From: Lama guanicoe
Taxonomy: Eukaryota
Length of the DNA stretch: 64,000 nt
Reading direction: 5' to 3'
NCBI GenBank assembly: GCA_013239625.1
Contig: MU053881.1
Location: 14,500,373 to 14,564,372, forward strand
A program made the position numbers and the translations under genes. Below the pieces are notes generated by a model, which worked only from the letters and a program-made list of their open reading frames with translations, searched no databases and was not told where the DNA came from. Below, in pieces: positions 1 to 14,899 of this stretch. How positions within the stretch are numbered: position 1 is the first letter of the stretch; the number at the start of each line of letters is the position of its first letter.

Positions 1-2849
1 AAAAGACCTGGCCAGCAAGGTGGGTCAAGTAGTGTCACGTCTAGAGATGGAATTGCAGGAGGAATGGCAAAAAGGTTCTTCAACCACAAACAAATGAAGA
101 CCTTCTCCCCAGTCCCCCATGCTGCCTCTGCCTCCACCCTCTCTGCCCTCAGTTGCAGCTGCACCTGTCTATCTTTGAGGCCAAGCAGCCTCAAAGTCTT
201 ACAGCCTCTATCCTTCCCCCAGAGTCCTGCCTCAACTTGCTGGGAGCCCCCTTTCAGGTACAGCCCATCCCCTGCCAGCACATTCTACCTTAGATGCTGG
301 CCTCTGTTCCTTGGACAGATATCAAGCCTTCAGTCCTTTTATGTAAGGAATCCATGAACTGGGAATCAGGAGAACAGGAAAGCAAGGCCTCTGACAAACT
401 CACCTGTGAAACAAGTACCTTTGTGAAGATAAAGAGAGAGAAAGTGGGTGCAGCACACTGAAGCTGCAAGGACCCTTTCCCACATACCCTGGAGGGTTCC
501 CAGATGATTCCCAGTCACTTCCTAGGGCTACTTGCAGGTATTTAATTAGAGTAAGTTCCTTTGTCTTCTAAAAGACTAACCTACATTTTCATCAGACAAA
601 AAGAGGTCACAAATACAGCCTAAAAAGCAAGGGGAGGGGCAAGAAGCCCGTGGTCTGACATTCCTCTTGACTAAAATGTCCTGGATCATGTTTGCTGGAA
701 TCCACAAGTATGCAAGATCTGTCCCCAGCTGGTACTTTTGTTTCTAATAACACCATAACACCATTTCACTATTTCCACCTCACTGCCACCACTTCAGGTC
801 CCTTGTCTTTTTTTTTTTTAACTCAACCGTCTTAACATGTTACCTTCCTAATTCAAGGCAAAGATACAGCTTTGCATAGTTAGCACCTGAAACAAGTTTC
901 ATTACCTGAAAGAATAGCAATCTGAGGCCAGATTATCTAACTCACCTCCTAAAACAGTTCAGATAACTCAAGAGCATCCATTCTAACAAACAACCACACT
1001 TAGCAGGCAGCACAATTCTGTAAGCCTCCAACTATGACACTGCCAACTCGTTCTTCTGGTTCTGCCACACTTCCCGACCTGACACTTGTTACAAGCAAAT
1101 CCCAACGATGCTCTATTACCCCAGGACAACTGCTCATAAAGACCTCACCTACTCACCTATTTCATAATCTTCCTAGTTTTCTACAACGAGCATAAATTAA
1201 CTCAATTATCAGGGGGAAAAAAATAAGCCTAAGGAAAATAGCCTTGTCCGTTCCATTTGATGGCACAGAAACATCCCAAGTCCAAACAGGTAGTTCTCCA
1301 GACAATCATTTGAGTTGCCCACGCTTTCAGAGATTAGCACACCAACAGTCCTTAAATGGATTCAGGGAAACTGACACATTCAAGACCTTGCAGGTCATTC
1401 TTGATTTTCTCCCGAGAACAAAACACCAGAAAAAATGCCAACATTTCAGAAAGGCTTCGCTACTTCCCCACTCACGTCCTTCAGGTGCATCTTTCAGTCC
1501 TCTGCTATCTAAGGTCTATGAGGTCCTAGTTATGAGCCCCAACACTTCCTCACGGCACCAGTCCCTGCTTTATCCTCTTCAATGGGGTCCCACTACTCTC
1601 AAGGTAAATTCCAGACCCCCTCAGCCCTGGGGACTGACTGCCTGTTTGTCTCTCTCTGCTTCAAATACACTGATCTTCCTTCAGTCCCAAGCACTCTCCC
1701 TGCCGGAAACGCTCTCCCTTTTCTCTTTAACCTATTTAGTTCCTACACGTCCTCTGATCCCAGTTGAAGGCCCCCCTCAAGTCTTGCTCACCAGGTCACA
1801 GTGTCCTCTCTCCTTGGCCTTTGTAAGTTTCCCCAAGTTTATGAGATTAGTTATGACTTCTCTCCCACTAATCTCACAGCAAACTCCACTGAGCACCGGA
1901 GGCACAGTACGCACACTTATATTTATTGAATAAATCAATCCAGAAATCACAACTTGCAACACCAGAAATTCACAAAATAAATGATGCAAAACAAGTGAGA
2001 ATTACTGAAGAATTGAGAATTGGAGTCTTTAAAATGTTTTATTACTGAAATAAACAATGTTCCTTAACTTTTAAAAAATCAGAAAATAGAGATACCAAAA
2101 AGTTTAACCAAAACACAAAAACAAATAAACAAACAAATGAAAACCCTACTGCTAACCCTAATCCAAAGATTTTGTTGTTGACATGTTGGTACAAATCCTT
2201 CCAGGATTTTTTCTACCAAGAGCAGCATTACTTCTTTCCTCACTATCAAAATATAAGATTGTAGGATCTGCCAAATGATACTGCATTAATAGAGATGACT
2301 TGACATTAACAAAAAAATGATGTCATCTGAATGGAAATAACAATGCATCCAAATCATTAATACAGAAGCCATCCCATTCTCTACACCATATCCAAGATGA
2401 GAGGCAATCCTCTGTAAAAACAGCTTCAGAATTTTAGGGGACAAACAGAGGATGAAAGATGAAGAGTGGAGGGCGTATGTAAGAAGAGGGTCTAGTAAAT
2501 CACTCTCAAAATCTCCAATCTAAACTGCTTCCTAGAAAAGGGCCAATTTTTCTGAGTTGTAGGCTATGGAAGCAAAGCAAAGGAGTGACTTTGTGGCTTG
2601 GTTCTTAAAAGTGAGCTGTTATAACTCTGCTCTCTGAGGACAAAACAGGGCTAGAAATGGGTGTCACCAGGTCATCCCCCAACTCCAAGGAGAGGTGCAC
2701 TGGAGCCTGGACAAGTAAATGTCCCTCTGTTTTAGGAGCCCTCAGGAAATACTCAACACCTTGGGCTCCAAACAGGAGCATTCTTGGGCTCTGTTGCCCC
2801 GCAGGGAAGACGCAAGCCCAGCTCTGCCTCTCCACTACTCAGCAATCTT

Positions 2850-2985
2850 GGGCAAGCAGCCTGGCCTTCAGAAAACCTCAGTTTCCTCATCTATAAAGTG
2901 GGGAATATACTTTCCCCTCCCCACTGGATTGCTAGGGGCACTGAAATATGTCTATGCATTGAGCTTGACACATAGTAGGCACTAG
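2850..2985 (+). mobile_element. MIR fragment
   Basis: CCTCAGTTTCCTCATCTATAAAGTGGGG core and GACACATAGTAGGCACT 3' end. Confidence 0.7.
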
Positions 2986-3789
2986 AATCCGGACCAGTAT
3001 GATCTATTAGCTTTCCACCACAGCTTGCTGTCAGATCTAACAAGCTACTGATCTTGATGTACTGATCTGGTGCCAGTAAACATTATTTCATACAATCTAA
3101 CTTAAAAGAAAACTTGTAACCACTACCAGAAGAAAAAGAACATCAACAGGACAATAGGTCCAAGACTGAAGCAACTACACACAAGGCTGATTGTCCCTTC
3201 GTTTCTCTGTGCTACCACAGCCAGAAGGTGTCACTGTGTGAAATGGACACACAGAACCAGAGACTTAACCAGTACTGTGCACTCCAAGAAAACTGAGAGA
3301 AGTAAAAGGGTGAGGAAGAGAGAAAATTAAAGGCTCAAGTGACTCACTCGGACTTTGATCTAAAGAATCCAAAGCTCTTACGATAAGGATGAACTACACA
3401 CCTAAAGGTGTAGGGTCAAATACACAAAATTAAGCAGTCCTTGCAAAACTCCCAGGGTAGGGCAGAAACGTGCACCTAAGGTGTCATCCAATTCCTAAAG
3501 GAGGGGTCCTCATCATTTCTGGGTCCCAGTGTATGCGCAAACACCAAGTGTCAGTCACACTCTAAGCTTGGGCCCTGCCCATAAGCCTTTCCTTGTTGAA
3601 GTGATCAATTCCGATTCTTGGCAATAATCCCTTTAAAAGGCCAGCTGCTGCTGTCTAGTCACTGATGTCGACCCGTTCCAGGTGGGAAAAAGGAAATCAA
3701 TACAGCCACCGCCTAGATGGGGAGGCAAATTTAAAGTGTAAGGCCCTGTGAAAGGCTGGAACCCAGAGAGGGGGAAGGGTCCTAGGGCT

Positions 3790-4800
3790 CCCGGGGGTCA
3801 GGCAGGAAGGGCGCGAGCCGGGGGGAGGGCTGGCCCTGCAGGCGTGGGCGCGCGGGGACTCTTATTCTGACACGGGATCCGCAGCCGCCGTCGCCGTCGC
3901 CGCGGGGTTCAGCGCCGCGGCCCGGCCCGCCCGCGACCCCCGCCTCCCTCCCGGGACCCCCGCCCCGCGCGCCCACGTGCCGCCGCCCCCCCGNNNNNNN
4001 NNNNNNNNNNNNNNNNNNNNNNNNNNNNNNNNNNNNNNNNNNNNNNNNNNNNNNNNNNNNNNNNNNNNNNNNNNNNNNNNNNNNNNNNNNNNNNNNNNNN
4101 NNNNNNNNNNNNNNNNNNNNNNNNNNNNNNNNNNNNNNNNNNNNNNNNNNNNNNNNNNNNNNNNNNNNNNNNNNNNNNNNNNNNNNNNNNNNNNNNNNNN
4201 NNNNNNNNNNNNNNNNNNNNNNNNNNNNNNNNNNNNNNNNNNNNNNNNNNNNNNNNNNNNNNNNNNNNNNNNNNNNNNNNNNNNNNNNNNNNNNNNNNNN
4301 NNNNNNNNNNNNNNNNNNNNNNNNNNNNNNNNNNNNNNNNNNNNNNNNNNGGGGCCGCCCGGGCCCGCGGCGCTCGCTCCGCCGGTCCGCCCGCCCGCCC
4401 GCGCCGCCGGCCAGATAATGCGCCCCTCGGCCGCACACATGGAGCCCGGCGCCGGCGTCACCGCCCGGGACATGCGCACCAGGTCAGCGCGCCCGGCCCG
4501 CGGCCCCCAAAACACCGGGGAGCTCTTAAAGGCGACGCCGCCCGCCCGCGCCCGGCTGGGCGGGGCCAGGCGGTTGGAGGGCGGGGCCTGGTGATGTGGG
4601 CGGGGTCGTGTTGGCCGGCACCGCCCCGGAAGCACCGCCCCTCCTGATCGCGCCCCACTGGACGCCCGACCCCGTGCGTCGGTTTCCCACGCGGGCTCCG
4701 GCGGACTCCTAACGCAGGGCCAAGGGGTCGTCGCCAGCTCTCCCGCGGCAGAGCAGGGCGGGCCGCGCCCAGGGCTGACTCACGACGCGCTCACTACTGA
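3790..4800 (-). promoter_or_regulatory. GATAD2A: Second CpG island, likely an alternative GATAD2A promoter/first exon, interrupted by an assembly gap
   Basis: Very high GC/CpG, GC boxes, TATA-like TTTAAGAG on minus near 4525. Orientation and gene are inferred. Confidence 0.6.
3994..4350. other. Assembly gap (357 N)
   Basis: Run of N inside the GC-rich island. Confidence 1.
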
Positions 4801-7749
4801 CCTCGCTCCAAATGAGCTGCGAGACCTCAAGCAACTTGGCTGCTTCTGAAAACCGAAATCAGAATGCCACCCCCTCGGGGTCGTCACACAGAAGTTCCCT
4901 TCCAGGGGATCAGCTAAGCCATCACTTATCCAGCGCAGGGAAGACAGTTCTACAAAGTAAGATCCAGACCCACTCACTGAAAAGACACTTGGGGGATGAC
5001 TGCTCTCCCTCTCCAGTTACCTCCCAATCTGCCTCTGGGAGAAGGTGAAACCTCCCAAGAAAACGAATCTGTACCCTTCCCTCTCCAGTGACTTGGAGGA
5101 AACACAGTCTGACCTAAGAGAGGATGGGCTTTGGAGATGTTAAACTACATAAAACAAAACACAATTTTAATAGGGAAAATAAAATATCTAGTATCACAAG
5201 AAGGCTCTCAATATCAAGATTAGGTTCTGAAGAATCACCAAAAAGGCCCTTTCCACGTTCTTTTAGTGTTAAAACAAATAATTCATAATGAGACACCTAG
5301 AATCCTAAATAGCGCCTTTTAATTTTTATAACACATCCTAATACATATTCATACAAATGAAACAAGTTTCATCAAACATACGTTTATCACTTGCAATGTA
5401 GTGATATTTTCTATTTCATTTTTAAAAAGAGAATGTAATTCTGACCCACAATTGTTCTTGACCCCAAACTTTAAAAACAATGTAGAGTAAGTTTTACAAA
5501 TAAAAATTTCTGCTATGAGCCCCCACCCCAGAAAGAAGTTCCAAAAAATCCCATTTTAATTGTGTTGAGTTCCACACCTAACTGGCAACTTTTTGTCACT
5601 GATTCCACCCCCTGCTACACCCCCAAAATCTTCCAACAGCTTAGTGCCAACATCTGGCATGCCTTCCCCAAGGCTAAAAGAGAAGCATTCCTCAAGGGAA
5701 AAATGATACAAAGTACAAATTGTTGACCCCCGAACACCTTCCCTGACCCAGTTTTGTCAACAGCTTGCTTTGCTACAAAGAAATTCAAATGTACAAATTC
5801 AAAAACCAAACAAAAAAGTCTTATTCTCAAACAGGTGACCTAGTATAGGAATGCAGGAAGCTCCCTGATCCCATATGCAAAGATAGGTTAAAGCAAATAT
5901 CCATGACTTTCATTCTAATTCAGCAGCTGTACATTTTGAGAACTGCTTTATGCTAGGACGATTAATCAGATGATGTATATTAAAGCAATACAGCAAAATA
6001 TTACCTCACTGCTCCTCACCTGGGTCTTGATTAATGCCAACTTAATTAACTACAAACAGAGCAAAGTGCGGTCAGGTGGGAGACCCAAGACTTGAGATTG
6101 ACGTAGAGATTCCAGAGTCTGAGCTTGCAAACCCTGTGCGAGTCACCAAGATGACAACCATCCTGTTTTAAAGAGGGAGGCATCAGCAGTGACATATTAA
6201 TGACACACCCTCGTGGACTGAGGTGTGCACTGGTGACAGGTGGGCTGCTCCAGAGGACAGTGCCAACATCAGCTGGAAAAGCAGGGGTGAGGGTGGGGTG
6301 AAATAGTTGGACTTTATTTCTGTGATAGGAAGAGAGGGCCAAGTGTGTAGATGGAAAAAACCATAGTGAATTCATACCTTTGGGGTCCCTGATGCTTAGG
6401 CAGGTGAAAGCTGAGGCTGCTTGGCTTAAAGACCTTGATGCCTCAGTGCCTAGTACCAGACTAAACAGCAAATAGTTCAGCTGGGTGATTATGAAACATG
6501 ATGCAATCATCTTCAGATGCCATTCTAAAACTGAAGAAACTCTAATTAAGAGACAACTAGGACTAGAACCATGTTTCTCTTGAAGTTTTCCACTCTGCCT
6601 TAAGAACAAGGCAGTCAATTAATACTTATGGATACCAGTTAATATAATCCTTTAAAAACACTTCTGTTACTAAGTTAAACAAAACTTCCTGCCAAATTCA
6701 CTTCATATCCTTTAGACCAAATCCTTGTTAGCAATAGCCAAACCTCCTTCCACCCTAACAATGGCAGAAATACACTAATTATCTTTCTAATATTATCTAT
6801 TAGATAAACTTTTAAACATCATCTGAGCTAATTCTTCTACAACAGAGGGATTGAAGAAAACAAATTTGGGCCAAATTCAATGTTCATGTCCTCTTTTATA
6901 AAGCAGAAATTGGTCCACAGTAGTGTGAAACTGACTGAAAAACAGTAGCATCACCTATTACATGTTTAAGATACTGTACTTTTTGGTTTTAATCAGAAAT
7001 TTTCTTTAAAGTTTCTTTCTGGTGGACAAAATTTAAGATGTCTTATGTGAAAACACTGATCAAGAAGAACTGTCTAAAAGACCACTCATCCCAAGGGTTT
7101 TGAGGCTGGGGAGCCTGCAGGTACCAGCCCCAGAAGTTCACAGGCTGGTGGTACAGAAAGACTTAGAATGATTTCAATGTAGGAGATGCATTCATAGGAA
7201 AGTTAGGAATGACAGAGGAAGGGGCTGCTCCCTTGCCTGAGGAGGAGTCTGAGAAATCTCTATGGATGTGACATTTGAGCCATCTCTTAATGGATGAACA
7301 TCCCAGGCATCTAGAACAGCAGAGACAAGGACCAGAACTGGCTACTCCCGGAGTGTGAGGGCTTTAGAGCAGAAAAGGCTGAAAAGGGATGGATTCATTA
7401 TCCTTTAAACTTTCTAGATGGCTTTCTCTCTCAGAACACAGAATGATCTGTCAACCACTTACTTAAATTTACAAGATAAGCAGACCTAGTTATGTAGACT
7501 TTAACCAATTTTTAGACTTCTAATATCAAACAATGATATTAGGCTCCCATTTGTTTTCTGACACTCTCCAAGGAATTATAGGTTGTTCACTCAAAAATGT
7601 ACCATGTTAAAATTTTTTTTAAAAAGGGATCCTTATGAAAAAAAGCATTGACTGGTTTCCATGCTTCACATTTTTAGTACTCTAAAGTCTAAAACTGTTT
7701 TCACTGAGTTTAGGGACAATGTTATCACAATCTCTAAGAGAGGATTATT

Positions 7750-8335
7750 TTAAAGTTTCTTATTTCACCCCAAATTCACACTCAGATGTTGAGATTACAA
7801 TGCAATTGGATGGGAAAGGAAAAGATTCATTTCTATATGAATTTTATTTCCTTAGTACTTTGATATTTTTGGTACTTTTTTTAGGATCAGGATATAGTTA
7901 AAGGGGCTATGTCTTATGAAAAATACAATACTCCCAACACTACGGCTGCTGCAACAAATGTCAATTTTTTTAATCACAACATTTTTACACTAGATTAGGA
8001 GTTTTGGGGGGACAGGTCAGCACCAGTTTGCCCCATCCCTGTCGTGTATGCAGAAAAGTTCTCTGAAACATAGCTCTCTAGAGATGAGCCACTTTGTCAA
8101 CATGTGTTTGTTTTGAGTATCTTTTCTAACCACGATTCTAAACACTTAGTGTCAACGCAACATGGAGTTCAGGCTCCATCTGCAGTTAGTCTCTGTGTAG
8201 CCATGATAACACACTATTACAGGGTTCTGAGCACAGATGCTTCCCTAAAGGGTTAAATACAGACTGCTCAGAAGTATCATTGTGAACCGGAAGTGTATCT
8301 CCCATTCTGTCTTCATCTGCATGTGTCACCAGTTG
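7750..8335 (+). repeat. Copy A of a ~590-bp inverted duplicated non-coding segment
   Basis: Reverse complement aligns colinearly with 26350-26950; 60/66 identities for 8124-8189 versus 26500-26565. Confidence 0.92.
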
Positions 8336-9859
8336 GCAAGGAATATCTCTTTTGTGTCTATACATGGCTTACAAAAAAAAAAATGCACACCTAATTTAGA
8401 TCAATTTTAAGTCTTTGAAAAGTTAGCAAGTGAACCATGTTTTCTATGAATTAAAGAATTAAAATGAAAAAAAAAATCAGAAAACCACCAGAAAAAAAAT
8501 GCTACATAACAGTCAAGTCTAAAGATCAACCTATTCAAACCTGCTTAGCAAAGAGTGTTAGTCACATCATCGGTCTGCTAATAAACATCCTTGGTTTAGA
8601 CATGAAGGAAAATATGTTTTAAAAACCTGGTATCCAATTCATACCACCCTCCCCAGTTATTAAATGGCAGATCTTCCAAACGACATAGGAAGGAGGAAAA
8701 CATTCCTCCCCAAAGTCTTCCTAATTAGAAGAGTACTCCCTCCTCTACTGGTGCCCAGTATTTCACTATAGAAAATACAGGAGGCGGGTCTTTCTAGTTT
8801 TCTCCTTTACAGCTTGATAACAGGCCTACAATTTTACCAACTCCTGGTTTGGGAGCAGTAAGATCTTTATTTCAAATCTAGGTCAAAAGTCAATCTTCAA
8901 TAGAGATACTTTAAGAGGTTAAATAAGAATTTGAAAGATTTATAAATATAAATACAAATATAAAACCTAAACCTTGAAAATGTCATGCAAGTTTAAAAAA
9001 AATCATTCTGCTGTGTTAAGAATTTCAGACCAGCTTAAATGACAATTCTCAAAGGAAAAAAATTCAGCAGCGCCCTTATCTGTTCTCTGGAAGTTCCTTA
9101 GGAGATTAAACTCCATGTTGACCGCATACAGAGTCTACATGGTCTGATTTCACTGGTCATCATTGGTTTCTGATTGAAAATGCTTATTCAGAGCTCAATT
9201 TAGATATTATTTTAATTTATTTGGGGGGACATTATTTTAATTTGAATTCAATTTTGAATCCTACTATGGCATATTTTATAAGACTCTCTACTTCTGAAGG
9301 TAACTTTGGGCTTTTCTTGCCAAAGGTGCTCAGTTCAAACTCTGACTTTTACATGAGCAAAACTCCTCAGATCAAGGGAACTCACCAGGCTGTTTTTCTC
9401 CTCTAGGTCCCTGACCGTGCCCATGCTGTTCCTCTTCTGAGAGTGCCTAGCCACCTAACAAGTAGCTCTCCCCACCGCCCTTTCCTTTGCAGGTTCTCCA
9501 AATAGTCCCTCCTTCCCCAATCCAACTGCAGCATTTTGCTGCACTTACCAGTTCATGAACCTGTCTTTTCCTGGTAGCATATGAGTTTCTGTGTCCAGCC
9601 AAGTGCCTGACCCTTGGCAAGTTAAATGAGTATTTGCCAGCAGTGGCAGTATAAGGCTACAATGAACTAAGGGAACATACTGAGAAAAATCAGCCAATCC
9701 AAGAACCTCTAGATCGTCCCTCAGTCATAAATAGCAGCCTGTGGCCCCAGTGCAGACCAATCTGCTCTTGGGCAGTATTAACTGCCATAGATAGCTATCC
9801 AAACTTGGGTGCCAACCTCAAGAGGGACAGTCAGCCTTGTTATGATTCTGTAACAACTA

Positions 9860-10020
9860 CCTTTACTAGGCACCTACAGCAATCCAGCCACTTGCCTGGT
9901 GTTTACCATCACCATCTCACAAATGAGGAAACTGAGGCTCAAAGAGGTTAGGCCACTTGCAGTTAGGCCACCTTCCTGGGGTCATTAAGCGAGCAAGTGG
10001 CGGAATCTGGCTCTCTGGCT
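9860..10020 (-). mobile_element. MIR fragment
   Basis: ACAAATGAGGAAACTGAGGCTCAAAGAGGTTA core. Confidence 0.65.
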
Positions 10021-12134
10021 CTTAAGTTTCTACTGCACACAGGGCCTCCCATGGTACTTTTACAAAGCAACAAAGACAAGAGCACACTCCTGCAGAAGGA
10101 CTTATCTACTGTCTGCTTCCTTAAATTCTATACACATCTCCAGAACAGCCCTCTGCAGGCATGCTCCTGCAGGGAACGTTGTGATAATACAATAGGAAAC
10201 CATCCCATTAACCACCCTGCCAGATAGTCCTGAATTTGTGCGTACATTAGCTGAGCCCCCAGAACTGCTAAGTGCAGGTCCACTGGTGGCTCCCAGCTCT
10301 GACGAAGAAGTTTACTGAGCAAAAAGTGAGAACCTGAATGAGCTGGAGCCCAACAACCCAGCCTGGAGGGCGGGGAACAGGAAGTGAAGAGAGAGCAAGC
10401 ATTTACTTCCCAAAGGCAGCAGAGCCCAGAGGTGGGAGCCTGGTCACGTGCACATTGCATTACTTGTCCACGCCCACTTCCGGCCTGGGCCTTCCTCTTC
10501 ACCTCAGGAGTCAGTACTTGGGTAGAAGGAAAGAAAAAGAAGAGACTGCCAGAAACTCTCCTTATAATATGCTCCCTCTCTCCTGGAGCCTGGGTCCTGA
10601 ATGAGTATCCACCCTTGCTCTCTGGCTCCAACCCTCACAAGTACACTTACTCACTTACTTAAGAAAAGCACCAGTCACACAATTCACCTATGTGGACTAA
10701 CATCAAATCTGGCCAAAACATAGGAAAGTCAATATAGCAGGTCCCCAGTCCCAGTACAAGAGGGAACACTTGAGCAGAGGAAACTCTGTGCAACTCTTTT
10801 TTTTTTTTTTAAGATTTCAAATAAGGCGGGAAGGGCTTTTAGAGCTGTTTATTTCTTTGCATAATATACACTGCCATGAAGAAATGCCACAGGATTCCAA
10901 AAACACACTGCCACCAACTTCAAGAAAAAGCAAAGCTGAAAATGCTCCTGGCAATAACCATTCCAGACTCTCTCTTATTTCTCCAAGACCACAGTCAGTC
11001 ATCCTGGATCAACTAGTGCCAACAGCCAACAATCAACCAGGAAAACACCATACTTTTTGCTTCCTTTCAGAGGGAGGAAACAGAAGAAAGGAACTCTAGA
11101 GAAGAAATTAGAAGAGTAATAAGGTTTCACTTCCAAACCTCCAAGAAACTCCACCCCAAGTTCCAAACATCCAGGGATATTCCCAAAGAAGTTCTGAGAT
11201 ATTCTTTCATTCATTTGTTTGTTTACTTGTCTGTCACTGGGATGTAAGCTCCCTGAGGGCTGACTGCCACTGTCCAGCTCTCTGCTAGGCCCCCAGCTGA
11301 GCATGTTGCGCCTGGTGCATCACTGGCACACGGACATTTATTGCTGAATTATTTGCTGGCACAGGAAGTTACATGAGCCAGAAGATTTAACATTTTCTAT
11401 TTTTCAATCCAATTTAAGTTGCATTAAAAAAAAACTATCTTATGGCCACACAGAAAAATCTGTGGTAAGTAAAGCCCTTACCTGAGTGTTCAAATGTCCC
11501 TTACAGGCCAGTTTGGAGGGATAGATTCATATTCAAAAGATGCATCAGTATAAATAAAGACAGCCGGGCTGCAAAGAGGATAAAGTCAAACTTAATACTA
11601 GGAATTGAAAATAACAACATCCGTTTATTTGGATGGAACAACTCCACAGAGTAGTTATTTCCCAATTCCAAAAGAGGTCAACTTCTTTCTTATCATCAAA
11701 ATCCCACAGGGATTTAATGCCCCGAGTGCTGTCTCCAACAGGAAGGAAACCCTGACTTCCCTAGCTATTTCAGTTATATAAATCAACAATTTATCGTCCC
11801 AAGTTAGAAGCTGGGCAGTGTTGGGACCCACATGCCTTTTAGAGCTGCCCACCAACGGATAACCACGTTACATTACATCTAATAAATGTACCTAGATCAA
11901 TATCATTTCTAACTATCCAAGGGTTTTTATTGCTGTAAGGATCTTTCAGTTCAAAAAAAAAAAGTTTAAAAAACTTCCTGTTAGATAAAAGAGACTCGGT
12001 GGTGGCGCCACCATCCACCAGAGTGAAGTCTGTGGTGCACAAGAGATACAGCATAATTTCAAAAGGGATAATAATCCCTTTAAAGTTGTTTACCTTACGT
12101 TTTATATTTTAAAAATAATAAACTGCTCCTTTCC

Positions 12135-12208
12135 TATACAATGGAATAAATGTCTTTAAAAGAATTAAGATTATACAATGGAATAAATGCCTTTAAACGA
12201 ATTAACAT
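12135..12208. repeat. Tandem duplication, 37-bp unit x2
   Basis: TATACAATGGAATAAATGTCTTTAAAAGAATTAAGAT / TATACAATGGAATAAATGCCTTTAAACGAATTAACAT. Confidence 0.9.
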
Positions 12209-12251
12209 TAATTTCAGATTGGCAGATACTTCTTGGGCTCAATAGTAAACT

Positions 12252-12256
<5 letters not shown>

Positions 12257-12300
<44 letters not shown>
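12257..12300. repeat. (TG)n(AG)n microsatellite
   Basis: Directly visible. Confidence 0.95.
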
Positions 12301-14899
12301 CGAGAGCGAAATATTTTAAGGGGTGGGGGAAAGATCTTTTCTTCAAACTTGGGAGTGGTGCAGTGAAAGCCTTAACAGATTTTTCACCCACTATTTCCCC
12401 CTACCTCCAAAGTGCTAGCTATCAGGGGCAAGTGCCATCTGTCCCCACATGAGTAAGTGAAAAGGGCTGGGCCCAACTCACCAGCCATGATGGGCTTTCA
12501 CTAATTGCTAAGAAAGAACCCTCTTACAAAAAAAGCAAAAAAAAGTGTCCTGCCCTCCCCAGCCCCCACCCCCAGAGGTTAAGTTAGCATCTTCACAGCT
12601 CTCTGGATCCTTGAGACCTCAAGGTAAATTCTGATTTCCTCATGGTCACTAAGCCACAAACTCAATGTACTGTTATTGTGTGGCAAAAAATGACTTTGTC
12701 CATCACTTTCCCAGTCTTTTATCCCCAAATCCGATCTGCTACCCTAAAAGAATGGTTCTTCTTTCAAGGTTCTAATGTGTAAGAAGAGATCACTCACCAG
12801 GTCATTGCTGCATATCACTCACTCAAGCAGTTCCAAAATATGGATATTTAGGTTTATGGTTCACTTTCTTTTTTCTTCCCACAATTCAAGTTCACTGTTA
12901 TCTTCTATTTTGCCTGTGGTCTAATTATAGTAATACATCTCCTTGGCCTTAACTCAGACATTACCCCATTTTATAGAGGGAGAAAGCAAGGCCAAAGCAA
13001 ACACAAACCCTTGCCACATAGCAAATCCATCTCACGTCTGCCATTCTGAACACAGAAAAATGTTACTAGACCCAGGTGGGCAGTGGGTTTTTCAAGAGAC
13101 ATATCAAATTTCTTTCTCTTTGCTCTTAGGGCATATCTAGCTTGGCAAAATGTCAAGTGCTTCCTGCTCTGGGAGTCCAGGCCAGAACCCTAATCTTCTG
13201 AGCACAACAATCAACCTTTACTGCACACCAACCATGTGCTAGGCACTGTGCTGGCCGCCTCCTGTTCATTATCTCAGATTCATTCATTCACACGTCTACG
13301 AAGCACTTCCCATCTGCAGGCGCCTTCACACACATTCATGGAAATGTGACCCCCTCAAGTATTTAGTAACATGACAATCTTGTGCTGTAACTTATCCAAG
13401 GCCACATGGCTAGGAAGAACAGACCCAGAAACTGAATCAGGTCCTTCTGACTTCAAAGATCCCCCTTCCCTAACACCCCACCACGATAGTCCTAATGGTT
13501 TCATTTCAAATCATAAATATGTGCCAGCACTTCTCTACCCTGTCACAAGACACCTTAAGCCCTGAGCTCCCCCACCATCTTTCCCCTTCCCCTCAGGGCA
13601 GTGCCTACAGCTGACCAGGAAGAGGCGGTAGAAGAGCAACCAGGTCTGAAGCAGCTTCCTGCCTGGACTTGACTACCCCAGGAGCAGAGGGCCCAGGAAA
13701 CTCTCCAAGCACTTCTCCACAGAAGAAAATAGCTCGAGTTGAAACTTGTGTCCACATGGTCCACCGACAGATTTAGAACTCAAATTATAGCCTCGGCAGG
13801 AGTCTTCACAAAGGACTCAAATTAAGCAAGACCCAGATGGAAATGAACAGGAGAGAGACAGCCTTAAGTCAAACTGTAAAGTGACCTGCAGTTCTAGCAG
13901 AGTCAGAGGGAGGAACTTGTTGAAACGCTAAACTAAACAGAAGTTTAGCCTCTATTTCAGAACTCCACTTCAGGAACATTCTCCCCACGTTTTTAGCCTG
14001 AGACTTGTATGTGGACACGAAGTGGTTACAAGTTACTCAGGTTTCAAACTGAGTTCATTCCTGTCCTTTGGACCATCTCTCAATGCCAGCATTCATCTAC
14101 TTGGGCTCCAGAGAGCTCTGCGTTTGGCAAAACAGATAAAATTAGCTACTGGAGTGAACTTGGAATCCAGGGTGGGCCATTAAAAAAAAGTACACATGAG
14201 ATTTGTAAAGGCCACGTAAAAACTTCCTTTGGGCCAGGCTGAAGTCATCTAAAACGTAGAGAAATGAATTCAAATCCCCTGATCCTTGCCTCCCTTCCAC
14301 CCTTCCTGGATCTAACGTGACCCATTTCCTGCTTCTTGCCCTGCCTTCCAAACCAGAGTGGCCCACAAACTGAGGATTCTCTAGAGATCAAGGGGTAAAT
14401 CAGAGGGCCTAGGGAGAGAAAACACAGCAGGAAAGCCTAAAGAAGTGTTTTTCTTCTCCTTTTTTTGGGGGGGTGGGAGTGTGGTGAGGGAAGTGAGTTA
14501 CACTAGGCAGAGGGAGAACTGAAGGATGGGACAGGAAGTGGGTCGGTCCCACAACTTGAAAGTGTGATAATGGGGGGACAATGCCCCAGCCCTGTCCCTC
14601 CCACCTCTACACTCGCCTGACAACACTGCAGTGGCTTCATGGCTCAAAAATGGAGTAACCAAGACCGTCATCTGGCAATAGCTCCTGCTCCCCTAAACCT
14701 AGCAGGTCTTAAATTGTAAGAGAAAACAGCGTTTTTTGCCTGTCTCCCAATTTTCCTTCCAGTCACACAATCCTCCAGGTCCCTGAAAGCTGAGGTAAAA
14801 GTTCAGAGAATATCCCTAATCTGGCATTCCAAGAAGACTGGGGTTGGGGGGCAGGGGGGCTTGCATATTTCTGATCCCTCCTTCCAGAATGGAGAGAAG

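Noticed and set aside
1244..1933. 229-aa ORF on +
   Set aside because: TTG start, Ser/Leu/Pro-rich with no recognisable domain, antisense within a presumed GATAD2A intron.
3782..4635. Long ORFs spanning the CpG island
   Set aside because: Artefacts of the N gap and GC richness.
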